Below, piece by piece: positions 50,101 to 63,173 of a stretch of 64,000 bases of DNA. Below the pieces are notes generated by a model. That model worked only from the letters and a program-made list of their open reading frames with translations. It was not told the origin of the DNA and ran no database searches. Position 1 is the stretch's first letter. Each line of letters starts with the position of its first letter. Position numbers and translations under genes: made by a program. Source of the DNA: Nymphaea colorata (lineage: Eukaryota); contig NC_045138.2 of assembly GCF_008831285.2 (NCBI RefSeq), forward strand, positions 31,496,001 to 31,560,000. The letters run 5' to 3'.

Positions 50101-53100
50101 GCCCAATGAGCAGAGTATCTGCTCACACAACTCTTGCAACTTCCCAAATGTCAGTATCAGGCCAACCAAACCTAAGACCTTCAGCTCAACAGGTGAATCA
50201 GCGGCCTGGAGTTGGACCTCAAGAATCACCCTCTGCTCCTCAAGTTCCATCACTTACACGCCTGCCTGAAGTTAGCGAAGTGGGATCTCCTCCAGGATCC
50301 AGTAAGTCAAAGACTGGTCTGGTTGGAAAGATGAAGGTCAGTAACCAAGGAAGTGGAAAGAGTGCTTTCTTGTACAATGGTGCACAAGTTGTTGGGGCTA
50401 CAGGTGCAACTGGAGTTGGCAATGGTGATCAAAGCTTTCCTCACACTCCTGCACTTTTGCCGGGTAAAACTTCCATTAACCTTTTCCATGTTTTGCATTT
50501 GGAGGATGCTGTATTCTCAGGTATTATTTGAGTTCATATGCAACACATCATGTATGGTGTCTGATCATTTAGAATGTCAGAAATTGGAATTCAAACTGTT
50601 GACTGCATGGACTAAATTTGATGCTGCCAATGTCTGGGAGACTCAACTTGTTATTCTGAAGATTGTAATAAAGCAAGAGTTGACCTTCTCAAGAAGTTAC
50701 TTTACTGCCAATATCTCCTTGTTTCTGGCACTAGTGTGTGTGTTTTCAGGCTGTCTTCTAATGCATACATACTATGCTGCAATGCTGTTTATGTTAGTCT
50801 TATGAGTCTATGGTAGCAGTTGGTAGGCTTTGATGAGTCAATTATCTAGATTGGTTGGGTGCTCAGATATTAGGTGTTGGAGATCATTGTTGTGTTTTGA
50901 AGCTCCTTAATCACAGGGAACTGAGTTTCCTTTTAGTTCACAACTAGGATACCCACCAGATGGACTTTATGTGGTGCATGTATTTGGTCAAGTTGGTCGA
51001 TATACACTGAAGCAAGTTGCTCAGATGACAAGTGCTTATTTATTTTCTTGACTGTAGTTATGCAATTTGGAGGACAGCATCATGGTGGTCTTGGTGTTCC
51101 TGCTGTTGGCATGGCATTTCCTGGATATGTGGCACAACCGCAAGGCGGTTTTGGAAATTCAGAGATGACATGGTACACATATTTCTGAAACCCTCTTCAT
51201 CGTTCATTTTTAACTGCTGCACTCATTGAATGGATGCCTGTGCACAATGTTGCAGCTTAAGTTGAATTCTATCTTTTACTCTTACAGTGCAGTTCTAAAA
51301 CTGTGTTGAATCTATTGATAAAGCTGCAATAATAGAAAATGTGACTTGCGTTGAAGTGTTTTTCAGTGAATTTTGAAATCCAAATGTTCTAAAACACACG
51401 GAACCTGTTTGTCCTGCATTTACTCTTTTTGACTAAATATCGTGATATCAATACCACTTGACTTAATCCAGACAAGAACAAACCATTTATACATTATTTA
51501 TAGGCCATGCCTCGTTCATCAGTATTCGATATTTAGGCTGTTCAATGTAGTTTGATATTTAGGCTGTTCAATGTAGATCAGCTTGTCTCATATCCATTTA
51601 CTTGGCACTGAGGCCTGTTCATTTCTTTCATATTGGCTTGTGTCATATATAATTTATATTTTATGCTTCTCTTAATGACTGTGAAAAACAGGTGGTGAGA
51701 ATTTTTTTTTTCTCCTTTTGGGTCTCAGGTTACCTGTTCTAGCTGGTGCTGCTGGAGCTCTAGGGGCCTCATACTGCTCTCCTTATATTGCTTTTGATGG
51801 TGGATATTTTGCTCGCTCATCAGGGCAAGCCTCCTCGACTGGTTCTTCCGGGTAAAACTCTTTTTCATGATGCTTCTACATTTTTAGCTATTTATGTTCT
51901 TATGCCTTTTATGGTTCTTTGTGCATTAGGTTATTCATTCCTTTTATGTTTTGTCACTTTTATTTTAGGGCTGAATCCCATGTTAGTTTCCATTATTGTA
52001 GCATTTATTGTTTGTTTGGCTGACTAGAATATTCATGCCCATCTAGTAAATTCTGGAATTTATGTGAGCTTCACATTGTCTTTTGTGTTTCCATTAGAAT
52101 GTTGTCACATGTTTGTTTGGTGGTCTTCTTATGTTTGTGTCATGACCAATATGGCTGGCTGTTGGCTGGTCATTTTGGTTAGAACAAAAACATCATGCCT
52201 CTTATTAAGATTGTCAAGTGCCAACAGTTCTGGCTAGACCTAATTCTTACTACCCCATGTAGGAGTTTCTTCCTTTCTGTAAGTGATGTCAATGACTCGA
52301 ACAATTTCAAAGGTTTTTCATGATTTTATTCAAGATTCTTGTAGAGTTCGAAACTGCTTCATCACAAGAATTGTGAAATGAAAAATGTAAGGACATCGTT
52401 GCAAAAGTCTCATGATATGCACGAGGGGTGACATTGTCTGTTTTACTAGGTATATTTGGAGTTTGGTATTGTTTCCAAATTTTGGACATTTGATAGCTTC
52501 CTAGATTTGAACTAAAATAAGGCAGCTCATGTGGTCAGAAAATGTGTCAATAGGCCATTAGAAGTTTCATGTCCCAAAAAAAGAAAAGAAAAGAAAAACA
52601 TAAATATGCCAAAGCAAATGTCAAGCAAAGGTTTTTCCCACTATATTTAAATATTTTTTGATCAATAATTGAGGGTTATGAACTTGAAAGCAGCTTTTGA
52701 TATTTGCACTGGTTGGTCCTTTTGTTATCAAAAACATATAGTAGGATCATAAGGTAGCTAAGGTACTATGTCTGTCGCATGACAACATTTGGTACTAGTC
52801 GAACCTTTTTTTAGTTGTCATTAATCGGGAAGGTTATGCTCTTGAAAGCAGTTTGTTCATAGTTCCACTGGTTAACCAATTTGTCACCACGATTACAGTA
52901 CAGTAGAGCAGAAATGGGAACCAGTAAATTGCTGGACGTAAGACTATAAGTATTTCTTGCAAGACAACCTTTGGAACTACTAAATTTTTAAGTTTTAGCT
53001 AGACACTAGATTTGTTGCCTGTTGCTTGTTTTATTTCTTGATTTCTGGTCTCCTGATTGAATTATTAGTGACAGGAGTAGTTAAGTGTCTGCAGAGATAT

Positions 53101-53489
53101 TGTTTATCTATTTCTAGCTGTTGAAACACTATTATTTGCGCCTCTTTTTTTGAGCTTGATGTGAGTATGGCCGAATTTTAATGTGACAGAGATTCCAATT
53201 CAAACAAATCTTCAAGCACATGGAAATCCCCACAAAAACCTGGTAAAAGACTAAAATCTTCTGCTGTCATGATTAATCTAATTTGCTGGTTGACTAAGGC
53301 CTTTTTTCCCATTTTAACGTTTCAGCTGAGCTGGTGAATGATGAATATGGACAAAGGCAAAACAAGCCTAGAAGGCAAGTGGGCACTTGGAAAAATTTAA
53401 TGTGGTTGCTACATCTTTGGTTTTATCCCCAAAATATTCAATCTGTTGTCCTTTTCTGCAGATATTCAGAAATGAATTTTGGCCAATGA
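47131..53489 (+). CDS. CASC3: CASC3/MLN51/Barentsz homologue, exon junction complex subunit (9 coding exons, ~699 aa)
   Basis: Exons 47131-47699, 48534-48636, 49284-49495, 49616-50463, 51058-51172, 51729-51851, 53190-53242, 53326-53374, 53462-53489, 2100 nt in frame. EYESDPEE and RRREASDDE acidic N-terminus; SELOR/Btz domain KENEPFAVPTAGAFYMHDDRFR...RKLWESKDDRAWVHDRFEEM; RG repeats; SPPFYPS; MQFGGQH..GLGVPAVGMAFPGYV..SEMTWLPVLAG; C-terminus KPRRYSEMNFGQ*. Confidence 0.93.
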
Positions 53490-53524
53490 ATCAAGTATGA
53501 GTGCCTTCTAATAAGAAGCTGAAG

Positions 53525-54388
53525 GTAAAACATAAGCTCATTCTGCTTGCTGTCTCACTGTTCATATGTCTTTTGCTGTTCAATTTATAAATCATTTTGA
53601 GGTTTTGTGCTGCAGGACTGCTTCACTTGGCCCTTGGTGGTATCTAGGCTTAATCTGGAACCACTTTGGGCAGCTAAAGTATCAAAAATATCATAGGTAA
53701 GATTTTTAGTCCTTCTTAGCTGATTACAATGGCCTAGAAATAAGAACTACTTAGTCTGAAGTCAGTGATATAGAGAACTTTCAAGGTTGTGACAGTATGT
53801 GTTAGATATTATTGCTTATTATCATATGATCCAGTATGCTTATAAACTAGAACTAATTTTTGTTATCCATAATATGGACAACTTTCAGGGTTTTGACTTG
53901 TGAGTATATGTAGATATCAAGATGTGTCTTACTATGGTGTCAGTCTGCATTTTGTAATACTGGATGTTTCACTGTCTCACATGGTTCATATTTCTCCAAT
54001 TGTTCATGGACTTGCTGGGATGATTGCTAGACCATAGTTCTGTTGTTTTGAATCTATTTCTTGAATATGTATGATCAAAATTCTTTTGTCAGTTTTTGCA
54101 CTTGATTGAAGCCATATTGGTCACTTCAAAAGTCTGACGGTTAGTTTGATTACTTTGGACTTATGAATCATCATTTTAACAATGTTTGGGCAGTTTGTAT
54201 GCAGTATGTGAGGTTGTGTTAACCCCTGCGTCTGCTGTGGCCGATACATGTGATTATTAATTCCAAGGGTTGGACGGGTTTCACTTTTCCTTGTATTGCT
54301 GGTAAGGACACAATGTATCCGATTCACTTTAGCTGCCTGTCAGTATTTTCCACTCCTGAATTTTGCATGATTCTGCTGGTGTTTTCAG
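53525..54388 (+). promoter_or_regulatory. Two predicted 3'UTR introns of CASC3 (53525-53615 and 53697-54388)
   Basis: GAAG|GTAAAA...GTGCTGCAG| and ATAG|GTAAGA...GTGTTTTCAG|. Junctions would lie 35 and 116 nt after the stop codon. Confidence 0.65.
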
Positions 54389-56706
54389 GTTGTGACTTGT
54401 GCGTTCCTGAAGCTTGTGGAAAATACTTGGGCGACACTTTGTTCTCCCTCTCTCCATCCCGCCAAGCGCTACTCGCTAGGCTTATTACCTTATCAGATAT
54501 GTGTCTAATAATTCAAGTGTTTTGTGGTTACTTTCTGCCTTGTTGATGGGTAGAGATGATTGTTGGTGCTTGCTTTCTCCTAAATTTCCCGGCTGCACCT
54601 TTTCATATGAGTGGTCTTGTAGTTTTCTAGTTTGTATTTTTGCAAAAATAAAGTACATTGATAAGCTTTGCAGTTAATAGACAAAACCTCTTGATCTGTA
54701 AGTTGAGTTTTTGAAGACTATGCTTGGAATAGCGTAACTATATTTGCCTACGGCAGGCACCACACAGTTTCTCACAGTTCAAATGAAACATAAAATTTGT
54801 TCCACAGATCTCATGATAACTGTTTCCAATCAAAGTATTTCTCAGGAGAACTACAAAAATTCGAATGCCGACATTTGGATCTGAAGTCGAACTCTCTTTT
54901 AGAAGTATCTCCAGCTTTTGTTCCAATATTCCTTGTTCTGTCTACTAGGGTAGTTATAAGTTGCCGGAGCATTCTTGTAGGGTTGTCTTAAAAAATTTAG
55001 CTAGGTGCTAGTAATTTCGTTTCCTTTCCTACGAAACGAGTTTTTGACAAGGGAATACCTTTTCAGTCAAGACTTAAATTTACGTGAAATTATTTAGAGT
55101 TCCTATTCTGCAATTAGCGTCTGCTAGTCAGCCGTACCTGAGTTCTCACAGAATTGTCAGTCGTCGGGCAATCGATCTTAGAACCAGAGTCGTCAGACAA
55201 GGATTTAGTACTAGAATCTCAGAAAAGTCGGATGTTGTATAGATATCAATGTAGGTTGAAGTTGGAAGTCACTTTTTAGCATTTTTGAACTGAAGTTGAT
55301 ATGATTTCAGATTATATCTCATTCAAATTATACTGTAACCTCCTCCAGTGATTGGATGAGATGTCAAAACCACCCCATTTCTTTCTGTTCTTGAGTTCAG
55401 GGCTGCTAAGGAAAAGGTTCATCTATCAACTAGAGCAATGTGCATCTACCATTTTGTGTAGAGAAGAGTAGTAACTATGAAAATCAAATTTGACGGTGAA
55501 TTTTCATCTGCCTACCAGCTTAATAAGCTATGTTACACCTTTCATGGTCACAACCGCTTTCATCGGACTTTATTCTGGTAAAATCCGAGCCATTTCAGGA
55601 CCAAGCATGCATCCAGAGAACAAAGCCAAGCTACAGGTTGCTACATATAAATTGCCGGTGAATTGGAATTCGTGAAAGTTACTTAAACTTGTTGGTATTA
55701 TTCAAAAATGGCCCAAGCGCTTAGCTTATCATATTTGAATTAGCTACTTAACCTATTTTGGCATATTCAAGCATTATTTTCACAAGATTTTTCAGGCAGA
55801 TATTTAGTAATTTATTATCATGTCATTTCAACATACGGAACAACAAAGTAAGAATTTTTTGAAAGCCAATCTTTTAGAACCAGTGACAATTTGAATTTGT
55901 GGATGCCTTCATCCAAAAATATATATATGGTAATGTTTTCTTTCAATGCTGCCAATAAGAAATGCAGTGGAGTTCCCGTCTTATGCACATCGGAACGTGG
56001 CCCTCAACTTTTCGTTTTCTCTGAAGTGGCCTTCATTTTTAACGGCAAAGGTTCTTCTCAACAGAAAATTATTGAAAATTACATAGAATGACAGTTCAGC
56101 CTTAGAAACGACCACTTAGGTCAAAAGTTAAATTTGTTTGAGAATTTTAGATAAAAAATTGGAGTTCATGTAGTTGCATCATTTTATTTTCCCAAGATAC
56201 CTATGTGGACATGATCACCATGTCTGAAAATCTATGGACATGAGATGCTTGAGCAAAGGTTTTAGACTCCAGAATAAGACATGTTTTTTTTTTTTTAAAT
56301 GGAAAATAGGTTATAAACTTGGAAAAAATGTTTGAGACCATTCATGTTGAGAACCTTTGCAAATCTTGATATATAGAGACTAAAAACATGATGTTTTGTT
56401 CTCAGAAATTTTTATGGCTTTGTGTGGCGACTGGCAAGAGGCAAGGGAATCCAAAGTCCCTGAGAAGGATGGCTGGGCCCAAGTAAGAATGCTGAGAAGT
56501 AGGGATAAAGTATCCCATGATCAGTTGAGGATACTAGTAACAAGAGCAATGAGTTTCTTGTGCCAAACTCAACATTAAGGGGCCATTTGGCATGAGGAAA
56601 ATTGTAAGAACGTTCCATTAATCTGCATCAAATCTTGGGACATATTTATAGAACAAGTATTCTTCGAATATGCCCAAAATATATTCCTCATGTCAAACGC
56701 CTCTAA

Positions 56707-56863
56707 GGGGCTGTTTGAGAACATTATGTTATTGTGCCATGCATTTAACCCAAAAATTGGTTAGATTCGTTGGATGCTTTGAAAAGTGTTACATGAATCT
56801 ACCTCATTTTTTGGAATAAATGCCTATAATGGTAAGACGCTGTTACTATTTCCAAACAGTCCC
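56707..56863. mobile_element. PIF/Harbinger (Tourist-like) MITE (157 bp)
   Basis: TIR GGGGCTGTTTG / CAAACAGTCCC with TAA/TTA flanks. Confidence 0.72.
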
Positions 56864-57465
56864 TTAAGAGTTTGAGTAAAAGATGTTTTGACTGATGTCG
56901 GAGCGAAAGGCCGGCATGGTAACCGAGAAACTCTTGCCTATGACTCTATTTAGAAACTCGTAGCGCATCGTCAAGCATTTCCTTAGAAACTCTTGATGCA
57001 CTGCTAAGGGTTTCTAAGATATTAAAAAAGAATGTTAAATGTTTTAAAAATAAGGGTGGACATCGAACCGGTTACTCAATGGGTATAAAATTGATGATTG
57101 GGCCCGATAACTAAGTGGGTCAGGTTTGGGTGCTAGGAAGGTCTTCCGACCTGCCTCCACCCAACTTTTTCAAGCCTTAGACTGGAGCCCTAATTGAAAA
57201 TATAAATATAGAACCAAATGCTAAAAATATTGTAATTATAGTAGTAGATATTGATCATTCTGGGTCTCTCCATTGTGCTGTTGTCCCTAGTAATCTTGAA
57301 ATTTCAAGTAATAGATTTGGTTGGTCAAAGATCTTCTGGAGATCTTTCGGATCGTTTTCTTATCGACACATTGTCATCGTCAAGGAAAAAGCAGCTTTTC
57401 TTCTTCTTTTTCTAAAAGAATTGAAGATAAGCGCCAACTGCCAATCCTTAAGAATGATAAGAGTT

Positions 57466-57581
57466 TTTCGGGTGAGCAAGGGGTATTAATCCCACCGCCC
57501 GAAAAAGGCCCGAAGGCCCTCAATTCCCCCTGCCTCCGGGGTCTTGAGCTGCGTCGGTGTCAGCGATAGCAACGGTGCACC
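57466..57581 (-). mobile_element. Short non-LTR retroposon insertion (SINE or 5'-truncated LINE 3' end), 116 bp
   Basis: GC-rich insert between perfect 17-bp direct repeats TAAGAATGATAAGAGTT (57449-57465, 57582-57598). Short A-tail on the minus strand, no TIRs. Confidence 0.8.
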
Positions 57582-58287
57582 TAAGAATGATAAGAGTTGG
57601 TACCAACAACTGAGCATGGGCTTTTCGTTTTGAAAATCGGCCAATATAGTGCTGACGCTCACTGATAATCAATAAAAAAAATTAGCTAAAAATTTTCAAG
57701 TCTGATACACAACAATGGCTGTTACTACTGATGTGTATAATTTTTTCAAGTCTTTAATAAGAGTTGGAAACCGATTTTTATTAACATTGACTGCTCACCA
57801 AGAACTGGCTTTAAAATGAAAACATTTATTCTCCCTTCACCAACATAACATTATAAGTTTAACAGTGGCAGAGACGATGCGGGCCACTGCCCACACCAGC
57901 TTATCAAAAATTTCATTTTAAATATTCAAAATTACGTTGTGATGTATTAAAAATTACATGGGGGTGCCTTTCTTCTACTCTTGATCGTGGTTGATAGATC
58001 TGGATCTAAAATCCCAGATGACTTGAGATCAGTGCTGACATGAAATCCACTGTTTGAAGAGACATTGAATGTTAGCACCACAGTGAATTTGTGGAAGACG
58101 GGGAGCGATTCGTTCCACAGACGCATTATGCACGATTAGTCATAAAACTTGAAGAGGCAAAGTCAACGTCGAGTCCCGTGTGTGATGAATGTTCATGGTC
58201 CTACTCCAAGACTGAACTCTGACTCGTTTTTACCAAGCCTTCTAAAATGACAAGGCTCATAAATGTGGGTCAAAGCGTGGTACCAAT

Positions 58288-58480
58288 GTTTTTTTTCTTC
58301 TAGCACGAGGAGTCCATGAAGGATTTAATGGATTTTGACCCCCCACGTGAGTCCGGTTACTTGGTCGAGAGACTTTGTCGCTTGCATGAGAGCCGAAGCC
58401 CTCCCCTACCTCTCCTCGGGAAGTTCTCAAACCAACGACTAGCCACCTACTAAGCGCGAGCCGTTGCCCAACTACCTTGA
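58288..58480 (-). mobile_element. Candidate tRNA-derived SINE
   Basis: The minus strand has a degenerate A-box (GGTAGTTGGGCAACGG), a B-box-like GGTTTGAGAAC, a GC-rich body and an A-rich tail (AGAAGAAAAAAAA). No clear TSD. Confidence 0.35.
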
Positions 58481-59989
58481 GGCAATATTCAACATTCAAT
58501 TTTTAGAGTTTGATTTGATCAGAGTACAGCCATAAAATTCTTCATCATTAAAGTTTTTAAATTTTGATTAAAACTAAAATATCATTTTTCAAAATTTTTA
58601 TATAAAACAAGTGATATAATTGTAAAATACACTATAAACCAAAGCTTATAATTGAAAATCAGCATGTTTTTTCTGGTTTTAAGAACAAGAAAACATGTTC
58701 ATGTTCTATTTTTTTATTATTGAAATATTTTGGTAATTTATAAGGAAAAAAATCTTAAAATTCCTTTATTGCCCTGCCCTTATAGGAGAAAGTCTTCGAT
58801 TAAATTTTTTATATTCAATTTTTTGTTTACGTATGGATATTCGAACTAAACGATTGACTTGCTATAAAATTCTCCACGTTGGCGCAATTTTTAAAAAAAT
58901 AATTTTTTTGGATCCATTGGAAAACGTGGGTTTATATTCGACAACATGGCAGTTAACAATCTCAACTGGATCCTCCTGTATCCGGGCATGGGACCCATAT
59001 CCAAGCTGGCTCCAGGAGACGAGCTTTGACCATCGAAAGTACATTTTCGTCCACAAAAAGTCAACGCTTGGGGAGCTCACCCCACCACAGGTCAATGAAG
59101 GAACAGCCCTTCCAAATGGAGCACGCAAAACCTCAGGGGCAATTTCGTCAATTCCTACCGATCGTCATCCTCGTGAAGTCATCATTTTTGAAGAGCATTC
59201 CCCAAGTGGCATTTCTCCGCGTTTCATGGAATCGGTTCTAAGAGGATCGGGATTGTGAACCGGTGAACGTGAACCGTATCTCTTGTCTCGGCCGGGAAAA
59301 ACGGCCATGCCTTGGTTGAGTCGGACCATTGGAGAGCGCATAGCTTCTCTTGGCCCATTGACCACAAGGCTGGGCATGGTCAGGTTGACTTTATCGGGAT
59401 AGAAAGGTCATGTCCCGAGGCCGTCTCGACTTGGCTTGATTTATGATGCGGCCAACCGTTTAGGCCTATGGTAGCTTGGAGCTCAATGAACCTCTTAGTG
59501 AACTCTCTAGTTTGCTGTTCGCCATTGTAGGCTCGTACTAGACCGCCACGAGCCGAGCTTTGAGTTTGACCGTTAGAACCTTCAGTTCGTAAGAAAGGCT
59601 TCACAAGCTCGTCTATGAGCTTAGCCGGCCTGCTCGCCAAGAGGACTTTGGTCTGGGACTCTAGGCTCGTGCAATTGCTACCGATTCGATTGGAGGTGTC
59701 TCAGGAGTGTGTTGGATTCGGCCGAGACGAGACAAGAACGTTTCAAGAGCCACAGTTGGTTCTTGGTATTATCAAAACTGACAGAGGGAGAGAGAGAGAG
59801 AGAGGGGAAAAGGGAGAGATGGTGAAACAAAATGGCTTGCAACTAACGTTGGCATCGTTGTGAGACGACCATTCGCCCTGAGAGAGAGAGCGGGAAGAGA
59901 GAGAGAGGCGTGTGTGCGCTTTCGATAGCGATATCGGCCGGTCACATCGCTTCTCTTCGTCCGCCCTCCCCATGTGACCAGGCAACCCC

Positions 59990-61841
59990 TTCCTCTCTCT
60001 CTCTCTCGCTCTCCCCCCTTCTCTTTCTCTCTCTCCTGGCTGCCGTGCCATCCTGCGAATTTTCTCCGGGTTGGTGACGATTTGGTGCAGGGGGACCGAT
60101 CTTCCTGGTTGAGGACAAGTTTTGCGTAGTTGGATTCTCTGATTTCTAGGGTTTTGAGAGGCTTCTAGTTGTTGGGCACCTCCGAATTTATGGGGTTCCT
60201 TCCTTGGGCGCGTTCCTGTTCGAGGTATGCGGGTGGTGTCCTTTTCTCTCTTTGTTCGCGTTGCTGCCTTTTGTGCATGAGTCGTCGTGGATCTGACCAC
60301 CCCAACTCATTTTCCTGAAGAAGAGGAGTCTTTTGCTGATTTTACGCTTGATTTACTAGGATAAATTGTGTTCTTCGTTTTCCTTGGAAATAAGGATATA
60401 TATTTCGTAGTACAGGGAAATCGGATTTTTCTGTATCTTTTTCCTTGTCTTTTTTTTTTCTTGGTGGTGGTTGATATGTGCTTTTTGTTTTTCGTAATAT
60501 GAGCTAATATCATGCAATTTTACTTTTATTGGTTGTCGGACTTGTTTTCTGCCTTTTTTTTCCATTTCCCGTTTGGGGATAATCGCCCTGCTTCATTTGT
60601 TTCTTATGTTCCTCTTCTTACGGGGTTGACTTTACTGTCAACAATGAGCAGTGCTCTTGTTTTTGAGTTGTGTCTCCTTTTACTATGATTATGTGACACA
60701 ACTTTCAGCTTTTCTTTTATTGCTTGGTGACACATTTAGGTGAAAAAATTTTCGTTAATGCGCTTTCACTGTTGGTGGGGCGAGTTTGTTATAAGCTAGT
60801 TTGTATATGGCCGAGAGGTTTGCTTCTCAAAATTCGTCGTGTCAGGGAGTAATTTATCAGTTTGACGGATTTATCTGTTATAAGGTTAATGGTGCATGTT
60901 GAAGTCGCATCCGCAGGAATATCACGAATATATTGGTCTTGAAATCAGCAGCGGAACCTGGGTCACCGCTGAAGCTTTGTGTACATATTGCGTTAAGACT
61001 TGGTTAAGTTAGGTCACTTACAAAAAGAAAAAATTTGATGCATGTTCTTATGTCCGAGTGATTTTGGTAAAGTCACATTAATTAGACATGAATGTGCTGC
61101 TGGACATTGATACTGCATTGTTCGGCTAGCAAAATGTTTGTTCTCCTTCTTCCTTTAGAAAAAATTGGAAACCGTATGCTGGCTACAGGTGTGACGTTCA
61201 TAGTAATAGGAACTGATATTGTGGTGGCACTGATGCATAAGGTGTTAGTTTGCTGATGCGTTGGAAGTGATAAACGTTGCAGGAGTCTGGGTTCGGTTGG
61301 ACCTGAAATCCCAGAGTAAAGAGTGACCAAGCTAGTCATGACATTTTACTATGGATTAATATAATATATTGAAATATGATTTCAACTGGTTTGTGTGAAA
61401 TTAAATAATTTTTTTTGGATTGTACGTTTTATGTTTGGCCTCAATTTAGACAAATCTGAAGGTTGTCAAAGGGGGTTATGTGTTTAGCCTGTTTCTGTGG
61501 TGAAAAAGTTACTCTTTTGTCTTGTTGATGTAATTTATTCGTGTATAAGCTTTTGACTGCAATTATTTCACTCTATTCATAGAGTTCCTTATGGTTAAAA
61601 TAAATTAAACGATGGTTAAGAATGAATATTCAATTTTATTGTTGTTTAATTTATTTCGCTAGATTTTTGTTTTCACTTAAATTTTGAGTGCATTTATTCT
61701 GATGTATAACTTTTTATTTATTTGCATAAACAATTGTCTAAGATGGACTGCATTATGATATCTTATCATTTCAGGTATTATGCTTGAGTTCTATCATAAA
61801 CTCGTCAGAGATGGAATCATATGATAAAACCTGTGGTGAAG
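59990..61841 (+). other. Probable 5' end of an unidentified gene continuing beyond the window (UTR exon to 60224; possible exon 61775-61841 with ATG at 61811, MESYDKTCGE)
   Basis: GA/CT-repeat leader, telo-box TAGGGTTT at 60147, donor CGAG|GTATGC at 60225 followed by U-rich sequence, and TTTCAG|...GAAG|GTGTGA. Confidence 0.45.
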
Positions 61842-62699
61842 GTGTGAACCTAATTCTTCTTTCTTGTTTGACATAAATACTGACAATTATGTTTTTGTAA
61901 CAATTGTTTCTGTCGTCGTTGATTACAAATGTTTTTGTAAACCATGGGACAGTACTTTCTTGACATTAGACATTATGTGGAAGCTTATCTCATGTCTTTT
62001 TATACAACATGGATCTGGTGCTTTCGGTGCTGCACCCACATCAATGCAATGTAGGTGCATGTCCTGGCATGAGTGCTCCATCCTTATTATAAAAACATTG
62101 AAGAATAAAGATCCTTTTCTTTTTAAAGTTTTACGATCTTCCTTTAAAATTCTCTTTTATTACAATAAGATGTTCACACACACATATTGCAAAAGTACCA
62201 CTCACCGACATGACATACACTGCCTTCTTTGCCTCATTTACGTTCCTCCTATTCAATTTCTTGTAAGACAAAAAAGTAACTTGGAACAATATAGCAACTC
62301 TAATTTATATTTTTCTATTACAAAAGAATGGGCGAATGGCATTTATGAGCAGCGTGACATTGGTAGTGAACAAGTATGCTTGTTGATGAGTTATTTATCT
62401 AATCCTTCAGTTTGAAATGATGTGCCCTATAGGTTCTTAGTGTCTACAGATCCTGTCATGCAAACAAATTAGTCTAAGAGAGAGAGAGAGAGAGAGAGAG
62501 TATGCCAAGTTATATGTGCCCCATGTTCCCTATGGTAAAACCATCTAATCATTTAAAATTTGATGGCCAATGTATTTTAATAGGTGTGATCTTCATAGTT
62601 TATCTAATAAACAACAATCATCACATCATTTGGACATGGATATAGGAAGAATAAGGTGTAAATAATCTGTTGCTCATAATGCATCAAAATCTTGAATCT

Positions 62700-62749
<50 letters not shown>

Positions 62750-62773
62750 GAATATAGTCACAAATAATGCCTC

Positions 62774-63130
62774 AGAGTTTTAAACGATGAGGATTTTCTC
62801 AGATATAATACGGCGAGCTTGAAAAAAACAGGAAAAAAAGGCGAAAAATATGGTAAATTTTAAAAACTAAAAATGGGGGAAAAATAAAATAAGTGAGAAA
62901 CTAATAATACAAACATCAAAAGATAAGTAAATTTGCAACAAATAAAAAATAGAAAATGAAAAAAAAAACTGTTTGGCATTAAAAAAACTAAGAAAATGAA
63001 TAAAATGTTAAAAACGGGTTAAAAATGTGTTTTTTCGTTTTAAATGTTTTTTTTAAAAAATGCTTCCTTTTTTTTAAGTTTTAAACGGCCATTTAATTTA
63101 TTGCGTTTTTTTTTTTAAAAACGCGTTTTC
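62774..63130 (+). repeat. Second copy of the 41720-42031 dispersed repeat
   Basis: Inverted homology to 41720-42031. Confidence 0.72.
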
Positions 63131-63132
63131 TC

Positions 63133-63173
<41 letters not shown>

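Noticed and set aside
51692..51694. Possible 3-nt micro-exon (ACAG|GTG|GTGAGA) in CASC3 intron 5
   Set aside because: The following intron would be only 34 nt, and the frame is already correct (EMTWLPVL) without it.
59743..60300. 185-aa minus-strand ORF
   Set aside because: Low-complexity translation of GA/CT leader repeats, with no domain signal.
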